DNA from: a bacterium
GTDB lineage: Bacteria; Patescibacteriota; CPR2; UBA1875; CAIMLA01
Direction: 5' to 3'
Length of the DNA: 45,436 nucleotides
NCBI GenBank assembly: GCA_037129835.1
Contig: JBAXUE010000007.1
Location: 1 to 45,436 of the forward strand
In this document: positions 1 to 9,263 of the stretch, one piece after another
How positions within the stretch are numbered: position 1 is the first letter of the stretch
Layout of the letters: each line of letters begins with the position of its first letter
The notes under the pieces: generated by a model
The model's database searches: none
Seen by the model: only the letters and a program-made list of their open reading frames with translations
What the model was told of the DNA's origin: nothing
Translations under genes and position numbers: made by a program

Positions 1-714
1 TAAATAACCAAAGTAATAAAAAAAAGAAGCAAAAAGTAATCTTAGCCAGAATATTTGATCAACGCTAACTTGCCCCTGAGATTTATAGATTCCTAGCGAA
101 TAGAATACTGACATTAAAGAAATTATGAAATATATAATCAAAAAAATAATACTTTTATATTTTCCATTAATTTTAAACATTCTTGAAATATAAATATGAA
201 TAGTTTGAAAATATAGTCTCAAAATTATTAAACAGCCTACAAACCAATATGCATAACAAAATGGAAAAGCATTTGAGAGTAGAAATGGCGATATAAATAT
301 TTTTTTAAAACTAATTTCACTACCTAGAAAATTAAACCCAAAACTAGCAAAAAAGTTACCCAGTAAGGCGTAAAAGATTGTTAAAAAAAGAAGAGGTATC
401 AATAAGGTCTTAATAATTTTTAAAAAATCACTTTTACTGATAAACTTTTCCTTAAAAAAATAGCCCGATAAAAAGAAAAAAAGAGGTATGTGAAAAGAAT
501 AAGGAGGGAAGGGAACTAAGCCAGTGCCAACAGATGAATGCCCAGCAACTATAAAAATAATTCCGAGGCCCCTGAGAACATCGATTGTTTTATCTCGGTT
601 TCTAGTTGAATTATAAGAATCGCTACTCAAGTGTCTAGATTCGGCAGTATCTAATTCACAATCATGTGAAATCACCTTACGAAACCTAAACAAATTACCG
701 ATTGATTGTACCAT
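1..714 (-). CDS. Acyltransferase family 3 (OafA/YrhL-like) integral membrane protein, C-terminally truncated by the window edge
   Basis: Not in the supplied track because it runs off the window. Reverse-strand ATG at 714-712; the frame stays open to position 1 (238 codons, checked codon by codon). Translation is MVQSIGNLFRF...DKTIDVLRGLGIIFIVAGHSS...FHIPLFFFLSGYFF..., followed by hydrophobic helices. The DxLRG..I..V...H and PLFFxxSGY motifs are typical of acyltransferase_3. Confidence 0.6.
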   Translation of the reverse strand, partial: MVQSIGNLFRFRKVISHDCELDTAESRHLSSDSYNSTRNRDKTIDVLRGLGIIFIVAGHSSVGTGLVPFPPYSFHIPLFFFLSGYFFKEKFISKSDFLKIIKTLLIPLLFLTIFYALLGNFFASFGFNFLGSEISFKKIFISPFLLSNAFPFCYAYWFVGCLIILRLYFQTIHIYISRMFKINGKYKSIIFLIIYFIISLMSVFYSLGIYKSQGQVSVDQIFWLRLLFASFFYYFGYL

Positions 715-1001
715 AAAATAATTCTAGCACACTTATCCAATAAAGGCCTTGCATTTGGCTTTTAAGAGCTAAAGAAATAGCCGAATCTTTCTCATTTTGA
801 CAACCAGTAATACTTGTGCTGTTTAATCGGAATATATTAATTTGCTCAGAGATAATTATTATGCAATATTAAACGAACTGGAGTAGCTTCTATCTAAAGT
901 AATTCCAACCTAGTTTGATACGCTCCGCGATGCTAATTATTAGCGTCTTTCTTAAGCCACTTTTGTTTATGATATAATCAACATATATATAAGGAACCTT
1001 C

Positions 1002-1727
1002 ATGAGTGTAAAATACGATATACCGTTGCAAGTTCAAACAAAATCATCAAATTGTGTTCAGACATCGACTTCACAATTCATCAGCTTTTATGGTTTAGAC
1101 ATCACTCCTGATGATATTGAAAAAGATATCCCTGTACGTTTCGACAAAGACGGAAAACCAATGGGTACTTTACTACCAGACATCGGAACCTGGTTAATAA
1201 AAAACCATGACATGAAAGCTACAATGCACGTCTTTGATGCTCAGATTATCGATAGGTCTTGGGCAGAGTTTAACCAAGATAAATTATTAGATACTATGGA
1301 AAAGGTTCAAAAGACAGGTATTAGCACGGCCAAAACATGGTATGCACCATATTTGATCGAATCTTATATAGATTTTCTGAAAGCCGGTGGGTTAATCGAT
1401 ATTACTAAATGTACCAATAAGCTACTTAGATCACTACTAGATAAGGGTACCGTACTAGCGATAGTTAGCTTTAATTATTTATATGATTGGCCAAGAGAAG
1501 TCTTTAATAAAAAGACCGGACATTATGAAGAAGACGCAATAAACGGTAAAGTTACCGAACATGCGATTGTCTTAACTGGATACGATGAAGGGATTTTTTA
1601 CTATAACGATCCTGCAGAAGTCGTAAGTGGACAAAAAACGGTCCAAGACGATGTCTTAATCGGTGCGATATGCACAGCTCAAATCAATTCTGACAATTAT
1701 TTACTGACCATTGAAAAGCCGATTTAA
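1002..1727 (+). CDS. Papain-like cysteine peptidase, C39-like/BtrH-like domain protein
   Basis: 241-aa ORF with AAGGAA upstream of the ATG. N-terminal Q...SSNCVQTS (putative nucleophile Cys) and C-terminal TEHAIVLTGYDE...YYNDP (His/Asp) fit the C39-like peptidase layout. Assignment rests on motifs only. Confidence 0.5.
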   Translation: MSVKYDIPLQVQTKSSNCVQTSTSQFISFYGLDITPDDIEKDIPVRFDKDGKPMGTLLPDIGTWLIKNHDMKATMHVFDAQIIDRSWAEFNQDKLLDTMEKVQKTGISTAKTWYAPYLIESYIDFLKAGGLIDITKCTNKLLRSLLDKGTVLAIVSFNYLYDWPREVFNKKTGHYEEDAINGKVTEHAIVLTGYDEGIFYYNDPAEVVSGQKTVQDDVLIGAICTAQINSDNYLLTIEKPI

Positions 1728-1776
1728 TATAAGATAGTATTCTGTATTACACAATACTATAACATGTAATATATAG

Positions 1777-1819
1777 AAAAAGCCGGCCCACCTCTACGAA
1801 TAGAGTTTGACCGGCTTTT
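1777..1819. terminator. Putative bidirectional terminator hairpin between convergent genes
   Basis: aaaaagccgg...ccggctttt outer stem encloses a ctcta-cga-tagag inner hairpin. It is flanked by an A-run and a T-run and lies between the stops of the 1002-1727 (+) and 1868-3112 (-) genes. Confidence 0.4.
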
Positions 1820-1867
1820 AATATTACTAGAAGGTACTAGGTGCTCGCTACACCTGTCGTTACTACC

Positions 1868-3112
1868 TCAAGTGGAACTTTCTGCGAATTTGAAGCCATC
1901 TTCACGGAAAAGGCTGAGACACGCCTCTGCTATTTCTGGACAATACTTTGTCCCAGCACCCTCTTCAATCTCCTCTAGGGCTACATCGATATCCCACGCT
2001 GGCCTGTATGGTCGGTGCGAAGTCATAGCTTCGACAACGTCAGCGACCATGAGAACCTTTGCCTGGATGAGCAGTTCATCTGCAGTAAGTCCAAGCGGGT
2101 AGCCCGTACCGTCACAACGTTCGTGATGTTGGTGGACGATATTAGGTATCGACTCTGGCATGCCTGAGGTTTTGAGAAGCTCGTAGCCCAGCTGCGAGTG
2201 ACTCTTTATCAGATCGAACTCGACTGGAGCTAGCCTGCCTGGCTTGGCCAATATTTCAGCCGGGATGCCGATCTTGCCAATGTCGTGAAGAAGTGCGGCG
2301 TCACGGAGTTCTGAGAATTTCGTAGCTGACATCCCCATTTTCTTCGCGATAGCCATTGATAGCTCAGAAACTCGCCTTTGGTGTCCGACGGTGTGGGGAT
2401 CGTGTGATTCACACACTCGATTGACAACATCGACTACTGAGCCATACGCCTCGGCCAGTCGTTCCTCGGCTTGCTTGAGATCACTGATATCCTGGATAGC
2501 CGTAACCTGATAAAGCAGCGAGTCGTCTTTGTCGCGAATTGCGGACACACTCACGTAAACCCAGATGATTTGGCCATCCTTACGCAGATATCGTTTCTCG
2601 ACTTGGTAGGAGTCCTGTCCATTGTCCTTCATGGCGTCTAGCACACCGATCGATTTCTCAACGTCTTCAGAGTAGGTAATATCGGTAAAACTTAGTTGCA
2701 CCAACTCTTGAGACGTGTATCCGAGGAGATCGCAGAGAGTCTGATTCACCCTGAACCAGCGTCCCTCTGGTGTAACTTCTGCAATGCCGATGGCTGCATG
2801 TTCGAAAATTGCTCGATAGTGATCTTGCTCGGTGAGCAGTTCCGAGGCGGCCCGTTTGCGTTCGGTGAGATTGTCAGAAACGTTCTCGGCCATCTCCTTA
2901 CGTATTTCGGAGGTGACCCCTAGCTGAGTCTGATGTTTGCTATGGCATACATTCAGACAATATGTGACAACCGAAGCAACTTGTGACTCGACACCTGGGA
3001 GTTGAACCAGTGCAGACAGTGCAGACTTAGCCTCCTTTTCTTCTTCTGAGAGTTTTGATAAGGTGAGTTCGTCCAAACTTTCCGGTACTTCTGGCAACTC
3101 GATGGTTGACAT
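1868..3112 (-). CDS. PAS sensor domain - HD-GYP domain protein (putative c-di-GMP phosphodiesterase)
   Basis: 414 aa. Central PAS-like block (IFEHAAIGIAEVTPEGRWFRVNQ...YLRKDGQIIWVYVSVSAIRD). C-terminal HD-GYP motifs: HTVGHQRRV, LHDIGKIGIP, HHERCDGTGYP. The DNA is visibly G+C-richer than its neighbours. Confidence 0.85.
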   Translation of the reverse strand: MSTIELPEVPESLDELTLSKLSEEEKEAKSALSALVQLPGVESQVASVVTYCLNVCHSKHQTQLGVTSEIRKEMAENVSDNLTERKRAASELLTEQDHYRAIFEHAAIGIAEVTPEGRWFRVNQTLCDLLGYTSQELVQLSFTDITYSEDVEKSIGVLDAMKDNGQDSYQVEKRYLRKDGQIIWVYVSVSAIRDKDDSLLYQVTAIQDISDLKQAEERLAEAYGSVVDVVNRVCESHDPHTVGHQRRVSELSMAIAKKMGMSATKFSELRDAALLHDIGKIGIPAEILAKPGRLAPVEFDLIKSHSQLGYELLKTSGMPESIPNIVHQHHERCDGTGYPLGLTADELLIQAKVLMVADVVEAMTSHRPYRPAWDIDVALEEIEEGAGTKYCPEIAEACLSLFREDGFKFAESST

Positions 3113-3371
3113 TAGACCCCCTTAGGTCCGTGGATGTCTCATGCATTAGAGATTCCAATATTAATATTATAACATAAATTTGTATATATACAAGGACACC
3201 CTTGTTTACTTATATAGCGTACAAGGTTAGTTACTCGATTATTTAAGAAGACAAATAAGCAGCTCCTGGCCTATTTCACAAAAGCGCTGAACTTCGTCTA
3301 CTACGTTTCGCCAATTTTGATTATATGTTCTAGCAAAGGTATATAAATAATTTTTAATATTTATTTAGACT

Positions 3372-4010
3372 CTATTGCGAGTCTTCTTTGTCTGGGGTTT
3401 TGATATATCTCAACTCGTCCCGCAAAGAACGAAGTTCCTTGATATAAGGTTCTTGAAGAGTTTTTCTTAAATTTGTTTCGTTACTAGAAACTGCCTGTGA
3501 AGCACTCTCGTCTTCATATATCGCTCGACTGATTGTGATCTCGATGATTCTACGAATACGGCCTTGTTTTTGAGGGACTTCTCCGGCTGCGACTCTTTTG
3601 GCGTCTTCCATCAAGCAATTCGTAATATCGTCAAGCTCAGTCTTCTTGACAGGTAATTTCATTATTGTTTCCAGAATTTTTGACTGTAAAATATCGTATT
3701 CTTTGTTTAATTCGGCAAGAGAAGATCTAGTTTCAATACTTTCTTTTTTACTCTGACCAGTGATAATTGCACTCGAGATATTATCCATTCCGTCCTCTAT
3801 TTTTTGCAATCCTTCTGGATTCCTTCTATCTTCACCAGCCTGGGCTATGTCAGTAGCTGCGTCTTTGTCCAGTATTTTTCCATCTTGATCATAAAACCCT
3901 TCAACAGATTCATTGGCCTTATCCCTTATAGAAGCTGCTCTTTCGCTGACAGACTGATTAATCCCTAATTTCTCTCCTGCTTCTGAATTGAACCCTTCTG
4001 AAAAATCCAT
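3372..4010 (-). CDS. Hypothetical acidic, probably coiled-coil protein
   Basis: 212-aa ORF with no recognisable motif. Its codon composition resembles the surrounding AT-rich genes. Confidence 0.45.
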   Translation of the reverse strand: MDFSEGFNSEAGEKLGINQSVSERAASIRDKANESVEGFYDQDGKILDKDAATDIAQAGEDRRNPEGLQKIEDGMDNISSAIITGQSKKESIETRSSLAELNKEYDILQSKILETIMKLPVKKTELDDITNCLMEDAKRVAAGEVPQKQGRIRRIIEITISRAIYEDESASQAVSSNETNLRKTLQEPYIKELRSLRDELRYIKTPDKEDSQ

Positions 4011-4131
4011 CCTACTCCTTATTTTGTTTAATGCAGCTTAAGCATAACTTATAATTGTTAAAATTGTAATTAAACTCTCAAATTTTACATTGATTACCAG
4101 TAGATGATTTTGTTTATGATATACTTTTAAT

Positions 4132-4755
4132 ATGGTTAGAAATGAGTCCCAAGAATCTATGCATGAAGGTCTAAACTTTTCTACATTGAGGAAAAAATTA
4201 GAGTCTTTTGAAAATATATTAGGATCAACTGAGGTTGAAGACCCGATTTATGACTCTGTGGCAGTACTCAACCTTATCGGTTTAAAAACGATTGCTTCTT
4301 GTGGGGGTCACGGCTACGAAGACGTGAAAAAAAGAGGAGTTGAAGAATTTGATGAATACTCTGGTGTAAAATATCCAGATCATTATCATTTTGATGCACC
4401 GTATATCGGTTTTGGTACTAGAAGAGAGCTTGAAGGTATCGAAAAGACCAAATCTTCTCTAGAAGAATTACTTTATGATTTTTATAACAAACACACAATT
4501 AAAGATGAACAATTGCGCTTGGTTCTAGATGTATATAACTTAAATGGTAGCCTTTATGGAGTTAGACTTATAAACGCACTGAGGAATAGAAAACTAGAAC
4601 ACGAAGATCTACGAGGAGAATTACTAACAGAAAAAGATATCGCGGAAAGAGGCAAATTTGTTAACGAAAACCTTGAAGAATTAAGAAAAGAGTTCGAAAA
4701 TTTCGCTGAATTTGTATACAAAAAATTCATGAGCGGTTACCAGTTTAGAGGATAA
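4132..4755 (+). CDS. Hypothetical protein
   Basis: 207-aa ORF divergent from 3372-4010. No motif recognised. Confidence 0.45.
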   Translation: MVRNESQESMHEGLNFSTLRKKLESFENILGSTEVEDPIYDSVAVLNLIGLKTIASCGGHGYEDVKKRGVEEFDEYSGVKYPDHYHFDAPYIGFGTRRELEGIEKTKSSLEELLYDFYNKHTIKDEQLRLVLDVYNLNGSLYGVRLINALRNRKLEHEDLRGELLTEKDIAERGKFVNENLEELRKEFENFAEFVYKKFMSGYQFRG

Positions 4756-4827
4756 TACCCCTCTCGACTTTCAAGAACCCATACAACAGTTCGTGCCTAA
4801 AAACAGTAAGTGTTGTATAATTAATTC

Positions 4828-5511
4828 GTGAAAGATAATAAAACTGCAGTTTCTGTAAAGAATCTAATAAAAAAATATGACTCCGCTGGAAATATCACCT
4901 GTGCTATTAATGGGATTTCATTAGATATCGCATATGGTGACTTTTTAATGATTACGGGCATGAACGGTTCTGGAAAATCGACCTTAATGCACCTCATGGC
5001 TTTGCTTGATCATCCATCCGAAGGAGAGCTAATAATAGACGGTAATGATGTCAGTAAACTTCATGAGAAAAATAGAATCGGCTTAAGACTACGATTACTC
5101 GGTTATATATTCCAAGAGTACGCTCTCATCCAAGAGCTTACGGCACTAGAAAATGTGATGTTACCAGCTCAAATGCTAGATACTTTTCCTAAAGCAAAGA
5201 AGAAAGCGGAAATACTGTTCAAAAAAGTTGACTTAGAGAAAAAAATGAAAAGACTTCCCTCTCAGCTTTCTGGAGGCGAACAACAAAGGGTTGCGATTGC
5301 CAGATCTCTTATAAATAACCCACGCATCATCTTCGCCGATGAGCCAACCGCCAATCTAGACAGCGTCGCTTCAAAGCATGTTCTTGATATATTTAAAAAA
5401 CTGAACAAAGAAGATAACATTACTATAGTCATGGTTACTCACGAACCAGAGGAATTGGCCTACGCTTCAAGAGTTATTAATCTGAAGGACGGTAAATTAC
5501 ATGTTAAATGA
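4828..5511 (+). CDS. ABC transporter ATP-binding protein (MacB/LolD-like)
   Basis: Walker A GMNGSGKST, signature [15 protein letters not shown], Walker B IIFADEPT. GTG start. Overlaps the downstream permease gene by 11 nt. Confidence 0.9.
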   Translation: MKDNKTAVSVKNLIKKYDSAGNITCAINGISLDIAYGDFLMITGMNGSGKSTLMHLMALLDHPSEGELIIDGNDVSKLHEKNRIGLRLRLLGYIFQEYALIQELTALENVMLPAQMLDTFPKAKKKAEILFKKVDLEKKMKRLPSQLSGGEQQRVAIARSLINNPRIIFADEPTANLDSVASKHVLDIFKKLNKEDNITIVMVTHEPEELAYASRVINLKDGKLHVK

Positions 5512-6700
5512 ACTTAAACTGCCCTTTTATCTAGCCTTTAAGTCTATAATCAGAGGACGCAAATGGACTCTGTTTTTGACCATCCTCCTTATGTCTGTTG
5601 CATTTATTAACTTAATATTTGTCTCTGCTCTCTTTAACGGTATTGTAGCAGGAAGCAATCAACAGATAATAGACACTTTGACTGGAAATGTATATATCGC
5701 TCCAAAACAAGGTATTAAATATATCGATGACAAGGAAAAACTATTAGAAAATGTCCGAGCTGAAAACGGCGTTACTGCTGCTTCTTCGGGTTTCCAAATA
5801 CCCGGCGAGATAGAACGCAATGCACGCACCGGTAGATGGCCGATAATAGCCATAGACCCCAATGAGTACGCTAAAGTAATAAATGTTTCGGATCATATGT
5901 ATCAGGGTAAATACTTGGATGTAAACGACGAAGACCAAATAATCATTGGTAGACAAATAGCCGGAGGGACAGATGTAGAAATGAACTCCACATCCCTAAA
6001 AGGAGCTTCCGTCGGAGATAAATTGAATGTGAACTTCAACGGGATTAAAAAAACTTATACTATTAAAGGGATATTTTATACCAAATTTATCGAATCAGAT
6101 TCCAGGGCTTTCATCACCGAACGCTCACTAGCTAGTTTTGCACCGACCATGGTTGGCAAAGCCACGGCTGTAAATATCAAAACCCCAAATGACAAAGAAA
6201 ATTCTGTTATGTCAGAAGTCAAAGGACTAGCACCAGACACGGATACCTTCCTTTGGACAGAGGCCGCTGGTTTAATGAAATCTGTGAGCGGCAGTTTTAC
6301 TAGTATAAATGTCCTAATGACCATTGTGGGAGTCATAATCGCTGGCGTAACGACCTTCATCGTAATCTACGTTGATATTGTAAGCAGAAGACGTCAAATC
6401 GGAATCTTAAGAGCCATCGGGATCAAACCGTACATAATTGTAGCTAATTATGTAATTCTAGCAGCAGTCTATGCAACACTAGGCATCTTGCTTGGAAGTC
6501 TGATATTCTTCGCGGGCTTGGTGCCATATTTTATCGCACATCCCTTTGAACTACCTCTCGCTGAAGCCGTTCTAAACCTGACGCCAGCTGAATATTTCTT
6601 CCGTGTACAAATAGTTAGCTGGGTAGCGGTCATTTCTGGCCTTATCCCCGCTCTAATCGTAACAAAAACAAAGATGCTAGACGCTATACTTGGAAGATAA
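5501..6700 (+). CDS. ABC transporter permease, FtsX/MacB-type
   Basis: 399 aa. N-terminal TM helix, large extracytoplasmic domain and a C-terminal 3-TM FtsX-like bundle (RRRQIGILRAIGIKP...). Translationally coupled to the ATPase. Confidence 0.8.
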   Translation: MLNELKLPFYLAFKSIIRGRKWTLFLTILLMSVAFINLIFVSALFNGIVAGSNQQIIDTLTGNVYIAPKQGIKYIDDKEKLLENVRAENGVTAASSGFQIPGEIERNARTGRWPIIAIDPNEYAKVINVSDHMYQGKYLDVNDEDQIIIGRQIAGGTDVEMNSTSLKGASVGDKLNVNFNGIKKTYTIKGIFYTKFIESDSRAFITERSLASFAPTMVGKATAVNIKTPNDKENSVMSEVKGLAPDTDTFLWTEAAGLMKSVSGSFTSINVLMTIVGVIIAGVTTFIVIYVDIVSRRRQIGILRAIGIKPYIIVANYVILAAVYATLGILLGSLIFFAGLVPYFIAHPFELPLAEAVLNLTPAEYFFRVQIVSWVAVISGLIPALIVTKTKMLDAILGR

Positions 6701-7106
6701 TATTAACATTAAAGAAAGATCAGCCGGCGGGATAATCACAAGAATTAAAGGTGGTAATACCGAAATCCTCTTAGTTAAACATGCGGATAACAAATACAGT
6801 TTCCCCAAGGGTCATATAGAGCAAGGCGAATCTGAGGAAGAAGCAGCCAAGCGTGAGATCATTGAGGAAACTGGCTACGACAATGTTGTGATTAAAGAAC
6901 AGATTGGTATTATAAAACGAGACTCGCTCAATCCGAACGATCGTCACACTATCAAAGATGTTACAATGTTTCGGGCCGAGATAAGCGGAGACATAAAACA
7001 TATTGCCGAAGAAGAAATAGTTTGGATAAATATACAAAAAGTTCCCAATAAATTCTGGTACAAAGAAGATAATAAATTCTTCGACCACATTAAAGAAATC
7101 CTATAA
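6690..7106 (+). CDS. NUDIX hydrolase
   Basis: Nudix box GHIEQGESEEEAAKREIIEETG. Overlaps the permease stop by 11 nt. Confidence 0.8.
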   Translation: MEDNINIKERSAGGIITRIKGGNTEILLVKHADNKYSFPKGHIEQGESEEEAAKREIIEETGYDNVVIKEQIGIIKRDSLNPNDRHTIKDVTMFRAEISGDIKHIAEEEIVWINIQKVPNKFWYKEDNKFFDHIKEIL

Positions 7107-7177
7107 AAGTTTAATTTGCCAAACCTTTATCAATTATCAAACTTATATGCTATTATTATCTATAATATGGAGGCAAA

Positions 7178-7768
7178 ATGAGCAAAAAAGAAGCTGTTAA
7201 AAAGAACGGAATAATCGACTTTATACAAAAAGATTATAAAAAAATAATACTAGGTGGGATAGGAATCTACCTTCTCGTCTATGTGATAAATATAATTTTT
7301 TCATTTATTTGGGTTACCTTTTTTAGTACCGATATTGCTTCACTTATAGTTGATATTACCAAAGGTCAGACAGAGAAAGCGATTGAGCTCTATACCGTCA
7401 CATCCGCTAATTACTTTATATTTGGGCTTGCGGTTGCGGCTGTGGTTATTGTAGCTTTAATCGTAATAAATTTTGAGGAAAAATTTCTCTTGAATAAAGT
7501 TTCCTCCTGGAAAGAAACATTATTTCTAGGATGCCTTTGGTCACTCATTTTTGTAGCTTCAGAATACTTTATGATGGGAATAATGCAATACATGATACAG
7601 ACAACAATGCCGCTGGGGATAGGATATCCAATAGCCCTAGGAGTAACTGGCATAACACAGGGAGTTACTAGCTATACACCATTTTTTAGTTATTCTCCGT
7701 GGTATTTAATCTTTATTGTACTACTCCCAGCTACCAGTATTGCAATAAAAAAAGTCCTTAAAAAGTAA
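7178..7768 (+). CDS. Hypothetical multi-pass membrane protein
   Basis: 196 aa with several hydrophobic helices. TATAAT and a GGAGG Shine-Dalgarno lie immediately upstream (ctataatatggaggcaaaATG). Confidence 0.5.
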   Translation: MSKKEAVKKNGIIDFIQKDYKKIILGGIGIYLLVYVINIIFSFIWVTFFSTDIASLIVDITKGQTEKAIELYTVTSANYFIFGLAVAAVVIVALIVINFEEKFLLNKVSSWKETLFLGCLWSLIFVASEYFMMGIMQYMIQTTMPLGIGYPIALGVTGITQGVTSYTPFFSYSPWYLIFIVLLPATSIAIKKVLKK

Positions 7769-7800
7769 TTTTCCCTCTCTTCTTTCAGTATAGCAATAGA

Positions 7801-8031
7801 TCACGAACCCTTTGTAAATACTTTGCCTTGGATAATCTTATTGGCTGCACGATTATGGTATATCGCTTCTCGAGCAAATTCTTGGCCACAACTAGGACAA
7901 TTCAAATCTTTCAGGGTGTAATCTTCCACAATCATGTCTTTATAGCATTTTATCAGATGCCCCCGAATGTCTTTGTTGTAGGTATATAACAAAAAATTAC
8001 AATGAGCGCAGTAAATCTTAATTTTCTTCAT
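7801..8031 (-). CDS. Small zinc-ribbon protein (two CxxC pairs)
   Basis: 76 aa with CAHC...CPSC. No further homology recognisable. Confidence 0.4.
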   Translation of the reverse strand: MKKIKIYCAHCNFLLYTYNKDIRGHLIKCYKDMIVEDYTLKDLNCPSCGQEFAREAIYHNRAANKIIQGKVFTKGS

Positions 8032-8192
8032 AAATTAATTATATCAAATGACTTACCAAATGTATTAAAACAATTTACTTCTCCAGCAAATACTATTTAC
8101 ATATTATCGATTTTAGGTTATAATATCACCACTGAAAATCCGGTTGTAATCACTCGAGAGAGTACTTACGCCGATTACATGCACCTTAGGGG

Positions 8193-8570
8193 GTGAGCAT
8201 CTTGGGCAAAACCAAGAAGATGTTCCACAAGAAGTATCGTGGTCTCATCATCACCAAGTTAATGGCCCGTGATGGTAACAACTGTTGTCTTTGCCACGAA
8301 CTTCTCAGTAGACACGTAAAGGATTCAAAGAATGATTGGTACATCACGTTTGACCATATCATTCCTCGCTCCTTGGGAGGTGATTCTAGGCTGATAAACC
8401 TTCAGCTTGCACACCAGTGCTGCAACATCGCACGAGGCTCAGACCCCATCCTCCCCGAAAACGAAGAAATCTACGGGACAGGAGCGGTCACAACCAGTAA
8501 CAACGGGCTAGAGAGAACTTACCCCGAAGAAAAAGCCATTATCCTCGCAGAAATACTAGAGGAAACATGA
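8193..8570 (+). CDS. Stand-alone HNH endonuclease
   Basis: CCLCHE...FDHIIPRSLGGDSRLINLQLAHQCCNIARG is an HNH/His-Me finger motif with flanking Cys pairs. GTG start; an internal ATG lies 9 codons downstream. The DNA is G+C-richer than the surroundings. Confidence 0.75.
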   Translation: MSILGKTKKMFHKKYRGLIITKLMARDGNNCCLCHELLSRHVKDSKNDWYITFDHIIPRSLGGDSRLINLQLAHQCCNIARGSDPILPENEEIYGTGAVTTSNNGLERTYPEEKAIILAEILEET

Positions 8571-8702
8571 CAGGAGTACGCATCGAACTTCTTTAGTCGC
8601 TACTACGCGACAATCGGTGCTTTTTCTATAGTGGACAATAATATATTCTATATAACACAAAGATGGCTCACTTTATTTATAAATATTTGCTATAATAACT
8701 AC

Positions 8703-9248
8703 ATGAACATCAACCAAATCATAATGCTTGACTATTATGCAATAATTCCCCTCTTTCTAATTGGTTCTGCTTTGCATTTTGTTTATGAGTGGTCTAGGCA
8801 CAGCCGGAAGGTTGCCTTAATAGCAGCCGTAAATGAAAGCTATTGGGAGCATATCAAAATCGCCTTTTGGCCTATTTTTTTACTCTATCTTACTGAATAT
8901 GCACTAGGAGGATGGAAAATTACTTCATTTATACCAGCAAAAACTGTTTCTCTCTATGCGATCATTATCTTTATGGTTAGCTCCGTTTTCGCATATAAAT
9001 ATTTCAGCAAAAAGAACATTTTATTCCTAGACATTGGGCTTTTTGGTGTTACTATTCTTGTAGCTCAAATTATTGGTATTAATTTACTTAAAGACCTTAA
9101 CCCTTCCCTTCTAATTATCTGGGTTTCTGTATTTTTTTTATTTTCTATATTAATATCTTTTATCAGCTTTACTTTAAAGCCGCCTACGGAGCCCGATATC
9201 TTTAGGGACCCAATAACAAAAAAATATGGCATAAGAGGCCATAAATAA
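8703..9248 (+). CDS. Hypothetical multi-pass membrane protein (start moved to the internal ATG)
   Basis: The track ORF starts at 8631. However, an extended -10 TGcTATAAT (8688-8696) sits 6 nt before ATG 8703 (MNINQIIMLDYY...). The rest is hydrophobic helices (HFVYEWSRHS, WEHIKIAFWP). Confidence 0.5.
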   Translation: MNINQIIMLDYYAIIPLFLIGSALHFVYEWSRHSRKVALIAAVNESYWEHIKIAFWPIFLLYLTEYALGGWKITSFIPAKTVSLYAIIIFMVSSVFAYKYFSKKNILFLDIGLFGVTILVAQIIGINLLKDLNPSLLIIWVSVFFLFSILISFISFTLKPPTEPDIFRDPITKKYGIRGHK

Positions 9249-9263
9249 AGGAGTAATTCACTG

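Noticed and set aside
1872-2923. Track ORFs 1872-2102 (+), 2230-2430 (-) and 2696-2923 (+) inside or opposite the HD-GYP gene.
   Set aside because: They lie antisense to, or out of frame within, a well-supported 414-aa gene with clear domains. They have no motifs and odd composition (Ser/Arg/Ala-rich), as expected for shadow ORFs in a G+C-richer segment.
5659-7088. Minus-strand track ORFs 5659-5862, 5744-5956, 6076-6360 and 6771-7088.
   Set aside because: All are embedded antisense in the ABC permease and NUDIX genes. They have no Shine-Dalgarno and low-complexity hydrophobic translations.
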